A stretch of DNA of 62,998 bases, counting the filler, from Octopus bimaculoides (lineage: Eukaryota): the NCBI RefSeq assembly GCF_001194135.2. It is 5 parts of 5 records of this genome, joined end to end, with 100 filler letters (N's around TTAATTAATTAA, not from the genome) between each part and the next. Parts side by side here need not be neighbours in the genome. Positions count along the whole stretch, not along the records: positions 32,043 to 49,007 come from NC_068995.1; 4 more parts are not named here. One strand, 5' to 3'. Position numbers and translations under genes: made by a program. The notes below the pieces were generated by a model. It was not told where the DNA came from. It was given only the letters and a program-made list of their open reading frames with translations, and searched no databases. Of the stretch, positions 35,184 to 48,239 are shown in pieces. Within the stretch, counting starts at the first letter, position 1, and each line of letters opens with the position of its first letter.

Positions 35184-37067
35184 CATCGGTATGTATTTAT
35201 CTTTTAGCACTCAGATGATTTACATTTCGCTTTTGCCTATAACCAATTTTCTAAACAAAAATAATGGCCCAGAATCAAGCAAACCAATGTTACTTCCCAC
35301 AATACTGTACTTTTAGAGCCGATTATCTTGTATTTTGTGCATCTAGCCCTGATAGAGATCGAAAACGAACTAATAGTGTGAAGCAAAAAATAGATTTAAA
35401 AGTTTGAACCAACTTGAAGAATATCTAGCCAGCGTTCAGTCAAACCCAATTAGTAAGGGAACGATACATTTGCTATAGTTATTCTTTTTCTTTTAGTGAT
35501 GCAAAATCAGATAAGTAACTTAGCGTGTTACTGTTACACTTCTATCTTTCATTTGAGTAATTATCGTCGAATCAGAGATTTCATTCGTACACTTAATGTA
35601 TGAATCCTTCATATTCTGGTCATGTTTAGGATTGAGCGATTCATTCGTTAAGGTTAAAAGGAAGCTTAGCTTTTATCCTTTACTAATGCATCCAATTATC
35701 GAGTCGGACATGCGTATAGAGTTATAGATACATGTAGAGCAGAATTTAATGATCGCTATCCGATATATATTCAATTAAATGCGCGGGCAAGTTTATTTAG
35801 TAGGTTTGATTCACTACAGCACGTTTATGCATGAAATACACTAGTTCATAGTTTCAATAAAAAAAATTGGTATAATGTTAAAATAAAATGCACGTTGCAT
35901 TTCAAATTACTCGCTTTTAGAGAAGTTTGGATACTAATTTTAATTTACATATTACTTTACAGGAATTCAATTAACAAGATAATTTTCTTACTTATAAACG
36001 TCTTTCTTTCTTTCATTCTTTTTGTGTTCTTTCTTGCTTTCTTTCTTTCGTTCGCTTGTTTGTTCTTTCTTTCTTTGAACTTTGTGTTGTAGATGGAAAG
36101 CATAGTATAAATCATACTAGACAGAGAAAACAAATTTGAACCATAGTATGATTACTACGTAACCGAGGCCAACACACTTAATTGAAGACTCTGTTCATGA
36201 GCTACGACCTCAATAAAAGCACGTGCAAACGTTGCTTTAAAAACATTTTTCTATATCGACTTCTTAGCGATGTACCCGTCGTAGTGGTGATGATTAGCTA
36301 AATACTTAGAGCTATACTTTCATTCAGGGGCATTCATACTCAAAAGACTTGAATACAGGATAGAGTTGCACTGATAAGAATAATATCCAAATTTACTAAA
36401 ATGAATATAGGGGCACTTATGTGTTCAATAGCAGTGTGGGAAATTTTAGAGCTTTCATCGTAGGAAACTTTCCATCGTAAAGAAAGCTGCAACATGATAT
36501 GGAATCAATGCTTGACAGATTAATATATTTCTTTTAAGGAACTGAATGGATCTGACTTGTTTCTTTTTTTTTTATTTATCGATATATTTCATATGACATG
36601 ATTTTATTTAAAACAATCTACGTTTTTATAAGTAAATATAATTGTAATTAAAACATTTTATTGCGTGAAAACTACTAATGAAATGTTAATACACTTTACA
36701 TATTGAGCCAAATTGATATTCAAGCAAATTGCCATGTTGAATTTTGTTAATTTATGTGTATTAATTCTGATATCTATATTTCTGTACGCTGTAAGCAGTA
36801 AGAGGTATTTAAGTAAATTAAACTTTATACATTCTTTCTTTTGACATTGCTAAGAATTCTAAAATCGTGACAGATTAGTCTAAATCAAATAAATTTGACT
36901 AGTTGAATACACTTTACCGACTAAATCTGTAAATATATGAATTTGGATGCACATATTGATATATAAGTGAATGTCAATTGACATTATCAAATTATTGACT
37001 GGACAAAAAGGCTGCATCAATACAATTCATGTTTTACATAGTCAAACAACTGTGAAGTGTTATGATA

Positions 37068-37926
37068 CGAGGTCTGATGAATAGGCATCGGACTGGTGCT
37101 ATAAAAGCAAAACTACAACACGTACCAATTTGGCTCTTAATCTCCTACAACGTAGTCCCCTTTGGAAGCCATACACTTAATCCAGCGCTGTTTCCTTTGA
37201 TAGAAGCATTCCTGGTACTACTCGTTTTCTTAGATAGTCAGCAGCTGGCTCGTTGCATTCAATTTAATTTCCTCGACGTCCTGAAATCTTCTTCCTTTCA
37301 AGCGGGATTTAATTTTCGGAAAGAAGAAAAAGTTGCAAGGGGAGAGATCTGGGGAATACCGTGGCTATTGGACCTGGGGAATGCTGCCCTGTATGGATAG
37401 GTGCGTTGTCAGCTGAAAGCAGTTTTGGCAAAAACTTGGCAGACACGTGTCACATGCCCAATCTTCAATGATAATGGACTGAACTGAACCGTAACTAATA
37501 TGCACATCCTCTGATAACTCACTCACAGATGGTGATTCGACGATTTCCCCTCACACCTGCATGCACATCTGTGATGTTTTTCTTAGTTCTGTTGGTTGCA
37601 GTTCTCCAAGAACGTTCGTCACTATCGACATTTTTGCGGCTCAAACACTCCTCTCCATACACATTCTGCAACTTCGCGTAGGCCTCTTAGCAGACATCAC
37701 CAAGCTTTTGGCAAAATGTGATGCAGATTCATACTTAATGCGACGACCACACGCTACACACGTTCCTTCCAAGCACTGCTGTAAACAGCGGAAGTGAGTC
37801 AGAACACTAAAACTTAGTGCACATGTACAGCAGAGTTCAAGGTCAATCCACGCTGAGCAGCTTTACTCTGCGTGCTTTAGCTTCGTTATTATTGCAACAG
37901 TCCGGATACCTATTGATCAAACCACG
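37068..37926 (-). mobile_element. Internally deleted mariner element with TIRs and TA TSDs
   Basis: TIRs CGAGGTCTGATGAATAGGCATCGGACTG / CAGTCCGGATACCTATTGATCAAACCACG, flanked by TA. Minus strand reads PRYSPDLSPCNFFFFPKIKSRLKGRRFQDVEEIK...RWIKCMASKGDY with internal stops. Confidence 0.9.
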
Positions 37927-39114
37927 TACATGGCACCCAGGCATGAACAATTAGTGTGTATAACATTTGCAGTGGCTCGAGAAGGTAAAAAATGGGTAAT
38001 ATGTAATGATGAATACTAAATTGCATTGAAAGTATAATGCAGTTGTGCGAGTGCATCATTCACACTGCAGAAAAAGTATGGACATATGAAAAAATTAGAA
38101 AATGCCTGGTGGGCAAAAAGTCTCGTGTTTTGGTGTGAAGAGTGAAAGTGGGAGTTAATAACTGAATGAGTCCTAACGAACAGTAATAATGTCTAATCTC
38201 AATATACTAGACCTCGCAGGAGAGATGAGGCAACATCTTGGCAAGTGATACTCAGGAAAGAATTCTACCAACAAGCAGTTTTGAGAAAGAGAAGTTAAAA
38301 TTCTGCTGCTGCTGCTGTTACTATGTTGATGACGACGACCAGAATGATGTTATGGTTATAATGATGATGGTGATGACGTTGATATTGGCGATGATGATAA
38401 TGATGATCATGATCATGATGGTGATCATCATCATTATCATCATATATTTGTATGAGACTTAAGGGTAAAATGTAAATATAATTTTAAACAGAGAAATAAT
38501 AGAATACGCCACTTCTCTATAGATTGTTCCAGGATATGCCCTGTATGCACTGCAAAGAAAATGACATACATACAGTAATACATATCCAGGTTTAACAAAA
38601 GAACTGAAGTAAGGTGTCATACTGCACACACAAATATAAACTGATTTTTAAAATTCATCCAAACTGAAAACAGATATTCAAACAGGGTAAGTGTTTTATG
38701 GCGCAAGGGCAATAGAAACAGCAGTTAAGGCAGTATAAACATGTCTAAATCAACGATATATCAAGTAGAATATAACCAACTGAATAGAACAGCTATTTAG
38801 ATACATGAGACTTAAATCATGAACAGGCCACAGAGTAAATGAAATCGTATTTAAAGAGCGCATTTACAAAATAAAATGAATGCAAAATAAAATTGACATA
38901 GCCGGCGCATGCGTTATAGAATATCTACAGAAGAGATGAATTAATAAACAATAATCAATGAACGTTTCTATTAAAGCATAATGCAAATAGGCAATCAACA
39001 GAGACAAATCAATGACTGAACTAGCCGATAGCAAAAATATGCAAATAATCGAGAAACAAGATCTATGTCACTGTATGCAGAAAAGGCAATAACGAAACCA
39101 ACTGATGAAAGCGG

Positions 39115-39226
39115 ATGAAAAAGTTGAGCACGTTCCAGTATATAGCAAAGTGTAAAACCAGTTCGAATGCCAAATTAAAGAATTCTCGACTGTCTGTCAC
39201 GGGTGGATCGAAACACACGTCAGGAG
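39115..39226 (+). CDS. Candidate first coding exon of an unidentified gene
   Basis: ATG preceded by in-frame stops, 37 open codons MKKLSTFQYIAKCKTSSNAKLKNSRLSVTGGSKHTSG, then a strong donor GAG|GTAAGC. Confidence 0.3.
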
Positions 39227-40185
39227 GTAAGCTATATATATACATGCGTTTGTATGTATTTAAGCGTACGTGTGTGAGTATTTCTATATAATTATACTAG
39301 TTGTTTCATTACATAATTATTGTATGTTCAACTAACTTAACACTAAAACGAATCAAGTAATTCAGGACTTTTAGTCACGATAAAACTGCATTAACCCGTA
39401 CTTTCATATTTGCACTACTCTCCAAAACACATCAGGATATTAAAAGAAGACATCCTTGAAAACAATTGTACATGTTTCACCATCGGGTTACATCTAAGCT
39501 ATAACAGAACTTCTACTCAGGGGTTCAGCCTTTTTGAAATATTTGTCAAACTTCTCCAAAATGACATCTTACCGTCTCAAACTAAAAATTAGTTATTAGA
39601 TAGTCATCGGTACCTAAGATAGACGAGATATTCACGGCTGGGACACTGTTAATCATAGATTCATACGGTGGGACGACTTTTGTCTGAAAACATATTATTT
39701 ATTGATGCAACAGTGGAGAGAATTAAAAGGTTTTCTTATACAAACGTAACATTGCAACTCATTAATTACACATGAAACTCCAATAAACGGTGCATAAACT
39801 ACATGATTTAACTTTTGCCTCATTATCATTAATTATGTATTAATCATAATTGTTTCATTATTTAGAAATGGCTATTAAAAGATAGATCTATAGGATTATC
39901 GTTTTGATCTGTGTTTATAATTGTTATATATTAATTACCCGAGGGCATTACAAGATCGGCTAACTGTATTTAATAATTTGAAATTTATTTGAAAACGAAT
40001 AGTAACCTAGTAGTTAGCTGAAATCTCCCCTAATTAATAATGTAGGGTCGTTGATCCAAACAATGTAAACAACTGAATCCTCCTCACTTTAATAGAAAAT
40101 TGCAACATTGATTGGATTATCTATTGCATTACGACAGCAGATGGAGTACTTTCTTTTGTTGAATTTTCTATCACGGATCAGTACA

Positions 40186-40256
<71 letters not shown>

Positions 40257-40825
40257 GAAAGACAGAAGATGGAATATACGAGAATTTATAATAAATCACA
40301 ATTGTTTTGACACATCTAGCATCGATTCCTCTTGGGTGGGGCACTCAACAACTGGTTCAGGAGCATCCAGTGGTGCAGATATATCTCGTCGGGTGATAAA
40401 TAAATATAACTCGTTAAAATGACTGTTCTGCAAGGTAACTTTCTGTTTTGTAGATAATTGCAGTCAGACAGAAGAAATATCTTCATATATACAGAAGATC
40501 AAAAATAAAATCACAGATTACAAAAAGAGAAATGAACACGCAATCCAACGAGAAAAGTATTAAAAATAGCCGTTAACATGTACGGATGTATAAACGCCCT
40601 CGATTCCAAGTAACTATCATTATTCAGGACCACCAAGCCTCCAGAAACAGCTGTTAGACTCGTAAAATTCTACCCATTTAACTCCTGATGTATCGTTTAT
40701 ATTTTGTAAGCTGAACTATTTTATAGCCCGGGATTAAGTTAAAATTATTAAGCTAATCAAGTTCCTTATTTCAAACCAAACTAAGTAACATCCACGTCAA
40801 ATTTGGGCGAAATCCGTTGAAATTG

Positions 40826-40867
<42 letters not shown>

Positions 40868-42205
40868 NNNNNNNNNNNNNNNNNNNNNNNNNNNNNNNNN
40901 NNNNNNNNNNNNNNNNNNNNNNNNNNNNNNNNNNNNNNNNNNNNNNNNNNNNNNNNNNNNNNNNNNNNNNNNNNNNNNNNNNNNNNNNNNNNNNNNNNNN
41001 NNNNNNNNNNNNNNNNNNNNNNNNNNNNNNNNNNNNNNNNNNNNNNNNNNNNNNNNNNNNNNNNNNNNNNNNNNNNNNNNNNNNNNNNNNNNNNNNNNNN
41101 NNNNNNNNNNNNNNNNNNNNNNNNNNNNNNNNNNNNNNNNNNNNNNNNNNNNNNNNNNNNNNNNNNNNNNNNNNNNNNNNNNNNNNNNNNNNNNNNNNNN
41201 NNNNNNNNNNNNNNNNNNNNNNNNNNNNNNNNNNNNNNNNNNNNNNNNNNNNNNNNNNNNNNNNNNNNNNNNNNNNNNNNNNNNNNNNNNNNNNNNNNNN
41301 NNNNNNNNNNNNNNNNNNNNNNNNNNNNNNNNNNNNNNNNNNNNNNNNNNNNNNNNNNNNNNNNNNNNNNNNNNNNNNNNNNNNNNNNNNNNNNNNNNNN
41401 NNNNNNNNNNNNNNNNNNNNNNNNNNNNNNNNNNNNNNNNNNNNNNNNNNNNNNNNNNNNNNNNNNNNNNNNNNNNNNNNNNNNNNNNNNNNNNNNNNNN
41501 NNNNNNNNNNNNNNNNNNNNNNNNNNNNNNNNNNNNNNNNNNNNNNNNNNNNNNNNNNNNNNNNNNNNNNNNNNNNNNNNNNNNNNNNNNNNNNNNNNNN
41601 NNNNNNNNNNNNNNNNNNNNNNNNNNNNNNNNNNNNNNNNNNNNNNNNNNNNNNNNNNNNNNNNNNNNNNNNNNNNNNNNNNNNNNNNNNNNNNNNNNNN
41701 NNNNNNNNNNNNNNNNNATACATATACGTCACTAAAGCGGTTGAAAAGTCGCTATAGTGACGTATATATTTTTGCATTTCGGTTGAAAAGTTGCCAACAA
41801 GCTACCCTTATCATATTGGTGTGTATACATATATAAATTTAAATGCATATTCATATTTATATATATGTATCTATATGTATATATACTTTCTTATGATTGA
41901 AACACTTCGCTTTCTATTAAATCTGCCTCTTCATTTTGACAGACTATTACACAAAATATCTTAATATATAATTATAAAAAAACATGGAGGCAGCTGGCAG
42001 ATTATTTTTCATAATATATCATTAACTATTTATTTGATTTGAGAATGTACAATGAAATTTGCTCCTGCTTTATGTTGATGTAACTCTTGTCTGCTTAAAA
42101 TATATATCGATTATAAGCAGAATTTTTTTAAATTCTGGAACTCAAGTAATGAAACAGTCGATTATATATTATTCAGTTCACTTCATGCAAGCTATTATTC
42201 TTTTG

Positions 42206-42335
42206 TACTCTAGGCACAAGGCCCGAAATGTTGCGGGAGGGGCCAGTCGATTAGATTGATCTCAGTACGCAACTGGTACTTAAGTTATCGACCCCGAAAG
42301 GATGAAAGGCAAAGCCAACCTGAGCGGAATTTGAA
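42206..42335 (-). mobile_element. SINE family C 3' part
   Basis: CTAGGCACAAGGCCCG...GACCCCGAAAGGATGAAAGGCAAAG. Confidence 0.8.
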
Positions 42336-42517
42336 CATCCAAGCTGTTATTATAGAAAGATTTAAGAAGTGTGAAAGTGAAAATCGGCACAAAAATGTTA
42401 GACTTTAAAAACAGTATCAGATTCATCGGGAATTTCATGATAAAATTTTCTATTTGGAAAATATATGTTCACCCTCCCTCTGTCTCTCATTTTCTCTTTC
42501 CCCTCTCATGCATGTAT

Positions 42518-42558
<41 letters not shown>

Positions 42559-42569
42559 TATATATATAA

Positions 42570-42792
42570 AATAGTTATATACTGTCAACTTAAAGTGACA
42601 GTCCCAATAAGGGAATCATACTACTGCTATTTAGCCCTAGCAAGCTAGACCGCTTGTCTCCCCCTCGTAAACATAAGGACACAGGAAATGTGTCAAGGCC
42701 GACAGGAAGCGGTCCAGCTTGCAAGGGCTAAATAGCAGTAGTATGATTCTCTTATTGGTACTGTCATGTTAAGTTGACAGTATACAACTACT
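42570..42792. mobile_element. Foldback MITE with about 80-90 bp arms
   Basis: TATACTGTCAACTTAA..TGACAGT.CCAATAAG.GAATCATACTACTGCTATTTAGCCCT.GCAAGCT.GACCGCTT on both arms with few mismatches. Confidence 0.85.
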
Positions 42793-42794
42793 TT

Positions 42795-43129
42795 GGAGGC
42801 GTAATGGCTCAGTGGTTAGGGCAGCGGACTCGCGGTCATAGGATCGTAGTTTCGATTCCCAGACCGGGCGTTGTGTGTGTTTATTGAGCGAAAACACCTA
42901 AAGCTCCACGAGGCTCCGGCAGGCGATGGTGACGAACTCTGCTGTACTCTTTCACCACAACTTTCTCTCATTGTTACTTCCTGATTCTGTTGTGCCTGTA
43001 ATTCAAAGGGTCAGCCTTGTCACACTGTGTCACGCTGAATATCCCCGAGAACTATGTTAAGGGTACACGTGTCTGTGGAGTGCTCAGCCACTTGCACGTC
43101 AATTTCACAGCAGGCTGTTCCGTTGATCA
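42795..43129 (+). mobile_element. SINE family B (3' end in gap)
   Basis: Near-consensus head and body. Confidence 0.9.
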
Positions 43130-45270
43130 NNNNNNNNNNNNNNNNNNNNNNNNNNNNNNNNNNNNNNNNNNNNNNNNNNNNNNNNNNNNNNNNNNNNNNN
43201 NNNNNNNNNNNNNNNNNNNNNNNNNNNNNNNNNNNNNNNNNNNNNNNNNNNNNNNNNNNNNNNNNNNNNNNNNNNNNNNNNNNNNNNNNNNNNNNNNNNN
43301 NNNNNNNNNNNNNNNNNNNNNNNNNNNNNNNNNNNNNNNNNNNNNNNNNNNNNNNNNNNNNNNNNNNNNNNNNNNNNNNNNNNNNNNNNNNNNNNNNNNN
43401 NNNNNNNNNNNNNNNNNNNNNNNNNNNNNNNNNNNNNNNNNNNNNNNNNNNNNNNNNNNNNNNNNNNNNNNNNNNNNNNNNNNNNNNNNNNNNNNNNNNN
43501 NNNNNNNNNNNNNNNNNNNNNNNNNNNNNNNNNNNNNNNNNNNNNNNNNNNNNNNNNNNNNNNNNNNNNNNNNNNNNNNNNNNNNNNNNNNNNNNNNNNN
43601 NNNNNNNNNNNNNNNNNNNNNNNNNNNNNNNNNNNNNNNNNNNNNNNNNNNNNNNNNNNNNNNNNNNNNNNNNNNNNNNNNNNNNNNNNNNNNNNNNNNN
43701 NNNNNNNNNNNNNNNNNNNNNNNNNNNNNNNNNNNNNNNNNNNNNNNNNNNNNNNNNNNNNNNNNNNNNNNNNNNNNNNNNNNNNNNNNNNNNNNNNNNN
43801 NNNNNNNNNNNNNNNNNNNNNNNNNNNNNNNNNNNNNNNNNNNNNNNNNNNNNNNNNNNNNNNNNNNNNNNNNNNNNNNNNNNNNNNNNNNNNNNNNNNN
43901 NNNNNNNNNNNNNNNNNNNNNNNNNNNNTATATATATAAGCAATGTTCGTAAGCATTTCAACATGGCTGTCTGTTCGAACGGACTTTACTGCGATGTTTA
44001 ACCCCAAGAAGATATTTCCTCTAGCCGGTTAACGATAATTTCGTGATTCTGCATTATGCCAAGACACGAAGCACGTTAGTAGAAATTTGCGACTCGTTTT
44101 CATTAGAATAATAGACTTCAAATCCTTGCTATAGTACCCTTTTACAACAAGTAAGGAGCGGATAGATTGTAAATAATCATTTACCATATAATAATAAATT
44201 CAAATCAAATATTGATATTTTTAATGCATTTAATAGACATAGTTTCACATTATTTTGCAAGAGAGACACAAAGGAATTCATCTCTTACACAATATCTTTC
44301 TTAGTTAAGGCATTAAAGATTATGAAAGGCACAGTAGAATAGAGTATATATTGTTTTGGAAAGCCTATGTCAAGATGACATAGCTAGTAGGAGTAGGATA
44401 TACATATTGAAGCAAAGTCAGCAGAGATAGGGGAAGAGAGAAAGTGAGATAGAGAAAGAGATAGAGAGATACAGAGAGTCAGAGAGAGAGAGAGAGAGAG
44501 GGAGAAGGATAGAGACAGAGAGAGAGAGGTTCACAATTAAATATTTTACTCAAGATGTATTTTTGAATTTTATCTTCTCTTCTTTCACGTGCAAATCGAA
44601 TCGTATTCCATCAAAGTTGCCAAAGCCGAAAAATTAAAAACTTCTTTGTAACATTGAATCTAACTTCATTTTGGTTAACATAAAAAGACATAATTTTAAA
44701 ACTTTTAGGATTACAATTTTGAGGAGAAATTATAGAGAAAATCATAACGTATAACGTTAACGTAATCAAAATGTTGAAGATATTTTTGTTCTATTTGTCG
44801 CTGAAAACCTAGCACGCCTGTCAAATCAAAGAAAGATTATCTTTAGTTTTCAGTACTAATCCTCTCATCCAATGCCAATTTTTATTCATTTCGTTTCAAG
44901 TCAAAAGTTCTTTCAAGTGTAATGATTCACTCAAAGTTTAACTGTTTGCAGAGTGTTGAGAGCGGCCAATTTATTTACATGTCTCACCTATTGCCAAGCA
45001 GATCTTGAAAGTCGGCTGAGCGATATGCATCTCCACTCTTGCCGTAGACAACCAAGGCAGATGTCTCACCTAGACAGCCCACGCAGACGGCTCACGCTGA
45101 CGTCCAAGGAGAGATGACGAAGAATCTTCTTTGCCACGAAGATAGTGTAGTTGATTTCAGATATGTTGGACCATTTGCAAGTTGCTGTAACAATAAATAA
45201 AGTCAAGCTAATACGTTCCTCTTGCACGACCACTTGTTGCCCATTAATTTTATTCACTTGAATTGACTAT

Positions 45271-45307
<37 letters not shown>

Positions 45308-45768
45308 GTGAAGTATATTTGCCACTTAAATGTGGCTGACACCGAGGGGTGGATGTTACTGTTGCTTTTAGCCCCAGGAGGACATCTCCTCCAGCTGGCT
45401 ATCGACACACTTCTGTGTCCTGTCTGTATTTGCCAAGGGAAGTTATCCTTCCCATCTTGATCTACGATACGTACGAACTCGAGTTTCAGGGTTATTTCCC
45501 TTCTTCAGCGTACGACAATCGCCGACCTTCGATGCAAAAGGCATCCCTTGGCAAATATATATATAAGTTTTTCCAGTGAAATTATTCACTGATATCGAAA
45601 AACTGAAAACAAGCAATGTTAAATCTCTGAACGAGGTATTAACAGTAACTGCACGATAAAGTGAAGTATATTTGCCACTTAAATGTGGCTGACCCCGAGG
45701 GGTGGATGTTACTGTTGCTTTTAGCCCCAGGAGGACATCTCCTCCAGCTGGCTATCGACACACTTCTG
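45308..45768 (-). mobile_element. Hammerhead-bearing partial tandem repeat, period 353 bp (retrozyme or Penelope pseudo-LTR candidate)
   Basis: 108-bp direct repeats 45308-45415 and 45661-45768 differ at one base. A type I hammerhead lies between them. Internal 14-bp IR TATTTGCCAAGGGA / TCCCTTGGCAAATA. Confidence 0.7.
45465..45521 (-). ncRNA. Type I hammerhead ribozyme
   Basis: Minus strand CGAT-TGT-CGTACG | CTGAAGA | AGGG-AAATAA-CCCT | GAAA | CTCGAG-T-T | CGTACG-T-ATCG. Intact CUGANGA/GAAA/UH core, 6-bp stem I extended by 4 bp past an internal loop, 4-bp stem II, palindromic short stem III. Predicted cleavage after GUU, between 45476 and 45475. Confidence 0.8.
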
Positions 45769-46312
45769 ATATTGATATTCTCTCTATGCATCGTACATTT
45801 GCTTTAAAGTAAGTAGAATTCCAAAATACAGTTACTTTCTTTCATAAAACGCCATCTGTTTTTTTTAGATATTTTTATATTTTCCATTTTGATTTTTATA
45901 TCTTTATAGAATTGGGCCCCAATCAATCTATATTCGCGAATTGTGTAAAAGTGAGACAACATTAAAAACGATTCTACATTCTAAGTTAAGTTCACTGAAG
46001 GATTGTGTCAGATAAATATAAAAATCCAAAGGAAGATTCAGGTCTTAAAATTTATTAATGGGTTTATTTTTTCCGATATATATGTAGGAAGGATGATTGT
46101 AATATAAACCATGTTAAAATTTAAGCTGAACAGATAAATTCACGTTAAAAGTTTCATTTCAATATATTAGGATTACTACTGGTGTAAAATGTTAAAAATA
46201 CTTATGATTTGAAACCAATATTCGCCTCAAAGAATGCCCAAGAAGTTATTCATTATAAAATACATGTTCTCAGCATGATTATTATGGTTATTATAGTTAA
46301 TATAGAGAAGGG

Positions 46313-46715
46313 TGAGGCGGTGAGATGGCAGAATTGTTAGCACGCTAGTCAAAACGCTTAGCGTCATTTCGAAGGAGGCGGCGGGCTAGCAGAATCGTTA
46401 GCACGCTGGGCGAAAAGCTTAGCGGTATTTCGTCTGCCGTTACGTTCTGAGTTCAAATTCCGCCGAGGTCGACTTTGCCGTTCATCCTTTCGGGGTTGAT
46501 AAATTAAGTACCAGTTACGCACTGAGGTCGATATAATCGACTTAATCCCTTTGTCCTTGTTTGTCCCCTCTATGTTTCGGCCCTTGTGGGCAATAAATAA
46601 GAATTGTTAGTGCACCTTGCAAAATGGTTTAGCGGCGTTTCGCCTGTTTTTCATCCTTTTTTTTGAGTCGATGAAATAAGTACCATTTTAGCCCTGAGGT
46701 CGATGTAATCAGCTT
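46313..46715 (+). mobile_element. Nested/tandem SINE family C copies
   Basis: Two heads (46313 and about 46374), a full body and a further fragment. Confidence 0.85.
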
Positions 46716-47407
46716 NNNNNNNNNNNNNNNNNNNNNNNNNNNNNNNNNNNNNNNNNNNNNNNNNNNNNNNNNNNNNNNNNNNNNNNNNNNNNNNNNNNNN
46801 NNNNNNNNNNNNNNNNNNNNNNNNNNNNNNNNNNNNNNNNNNNNNNNNNNNNNNNNNNNNNNNNNNNNNNNNNNNNNNNNNNNNNNNNNNNNNNNNNNNN
46901 NNNNNNNNNNNNNNNNNNNNNNNNNNNNNNNNNNNNNNNNNNNNNNNNNNNNNNNNNNNNNNNNNNNNNNNNNNNNNNNNNNNNNNNNNNNNNNNNNNNN
47001 NNNNNNNNNNNNNNNNNNNNNNNNNNNNNNNNNNNNNNNNNNNNNNNNNNNNNNNNNNNNNNNNNNNNNNNNNNNNNNNNNNNNNNNNNNNNNNNNNNNN
47101 NNNNNNNNNNNNNNNNNNNNNNNNNNNNNNNNNNNNNNNNNNNNNNNNNNNNNNNNNNNNNNNNNNNNNNNNNNNNNNNNNNNNNNNNNNNNNNNNNNNN
47201 NNNNNNNNNNNNNNNNNNNNNNNNNNNNNNNNNNNNNNNNNNNNNNNNNNNNNNNNNNNNNNNNNNNNNNNNNNNNNNNNNNNNNNNNNNNNNNNNNNNN
47301 NNNNNNNNNNNNNNNNNNNNNNNNNNNNNNNNNNNNNNNNNNNNNNNNNNNNNNNNNNNNNNNNNNNNNNNNNNNNNNNNNNNNNNNNNNNNNNNNNNNN
47401 NNNNNNN

Positions 47408-47633
47408 GTGTGGGTGTTTGTGTGTCTGTTTTCCCCCCAACTTCGCTTGACAACCGATGCTAGTGCGTTTATGTCCACGTAACTTAGCGGTTCAGCAAAA
47501 CGAGACCGATAAAAGAAGTACTAGGCTTACAAAGGATAAGTCCTGGGGTCGATTTGCTCGACTAAAGGCGGTGCCCCAGCATGGCCGCAGTCAAATGACT
47601 GAAACAAGTAAAAGAGTAAAGAAGTAAAAGAGT
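47408..47633 (+). mobile_element. SINE family A 3' half
   Basis: Near-consensus, with tandem GTAAAAGA tail. Confidence 0.9.
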
Positions 47634-47996
47634 ATATATACACTATATATATACGAAAACGAAAGTCAACATGGTGCCATGATGTAAACAATATAGGAAA
47701 TAATAATCAACAAGGCATCATTATATAAATCATATAGGAAATTTAAAAAAATCAACAGAAAAACAATATTTATTTATGATTCTTCATTATTGAAACTTGT
47801 AAGAAAATCAAGACGACTGCGAAAACTTCAAAGTAGTTAGTAATGTAGAGTATACATTCATTTGTTAATAAATTGAGATACTGATGTCTGAAAATATTTA
47901 TGTAACTGTATATATACAAAGTTTCATTATACATATTACAATATGAAAATATACATATTTTCATATTTAATAAATAAATCTGAATAAGACTAAATA

Positions 47997-48209
47997 CGAG
48001 GTGGTGCTGAAAAGTTCCTGGCTTTGGATAAAAGAAAATATAAGAGGGTTAGTTATGATTTTATTCAACATATTCCCCTCTCAGATTCACACGTGTATTG
48101 TAGTGATACTTCAGTTATTCTAAACCCTGTAAAAGAATTCAGAAGTTTGGGCCTCCAACCAGGAATTTCGCGACACTCTAAAAGTCAGGAACTTTTCAGC
48201 AAACCCTTG
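47997..48209. mobile_element. Mariner-derived MITE with TA TSDs
   Basis: CGAGGTGGTGCTGAAAAGTTCCTGGCTTT ... AAAGTCAGGAACTTTTCAGCAAACCCTTG, flanked by TA. Confidence 0.85.
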
Positions 48210-48239
48210 TAAGATATCTTTTATCCCCTACTTGTTCCA

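Noticed and set aside
44952-45118. Possible plus-strand exon VLRAANLFTCLTYCQADLESRLSDMHLHSCRRQPR... after a tttgcag acceptor
   Set aside because: No donor and no recognisable homology; an open frame of this length can arise by chance.
45308-45768. Direct repeats read as TRIM/LTR pair or CRISPR
   Set aside because: No TG..CA termini, PBS, PPT or TSD. Only two long repeats in a eukaryotic context, with no spacer array.
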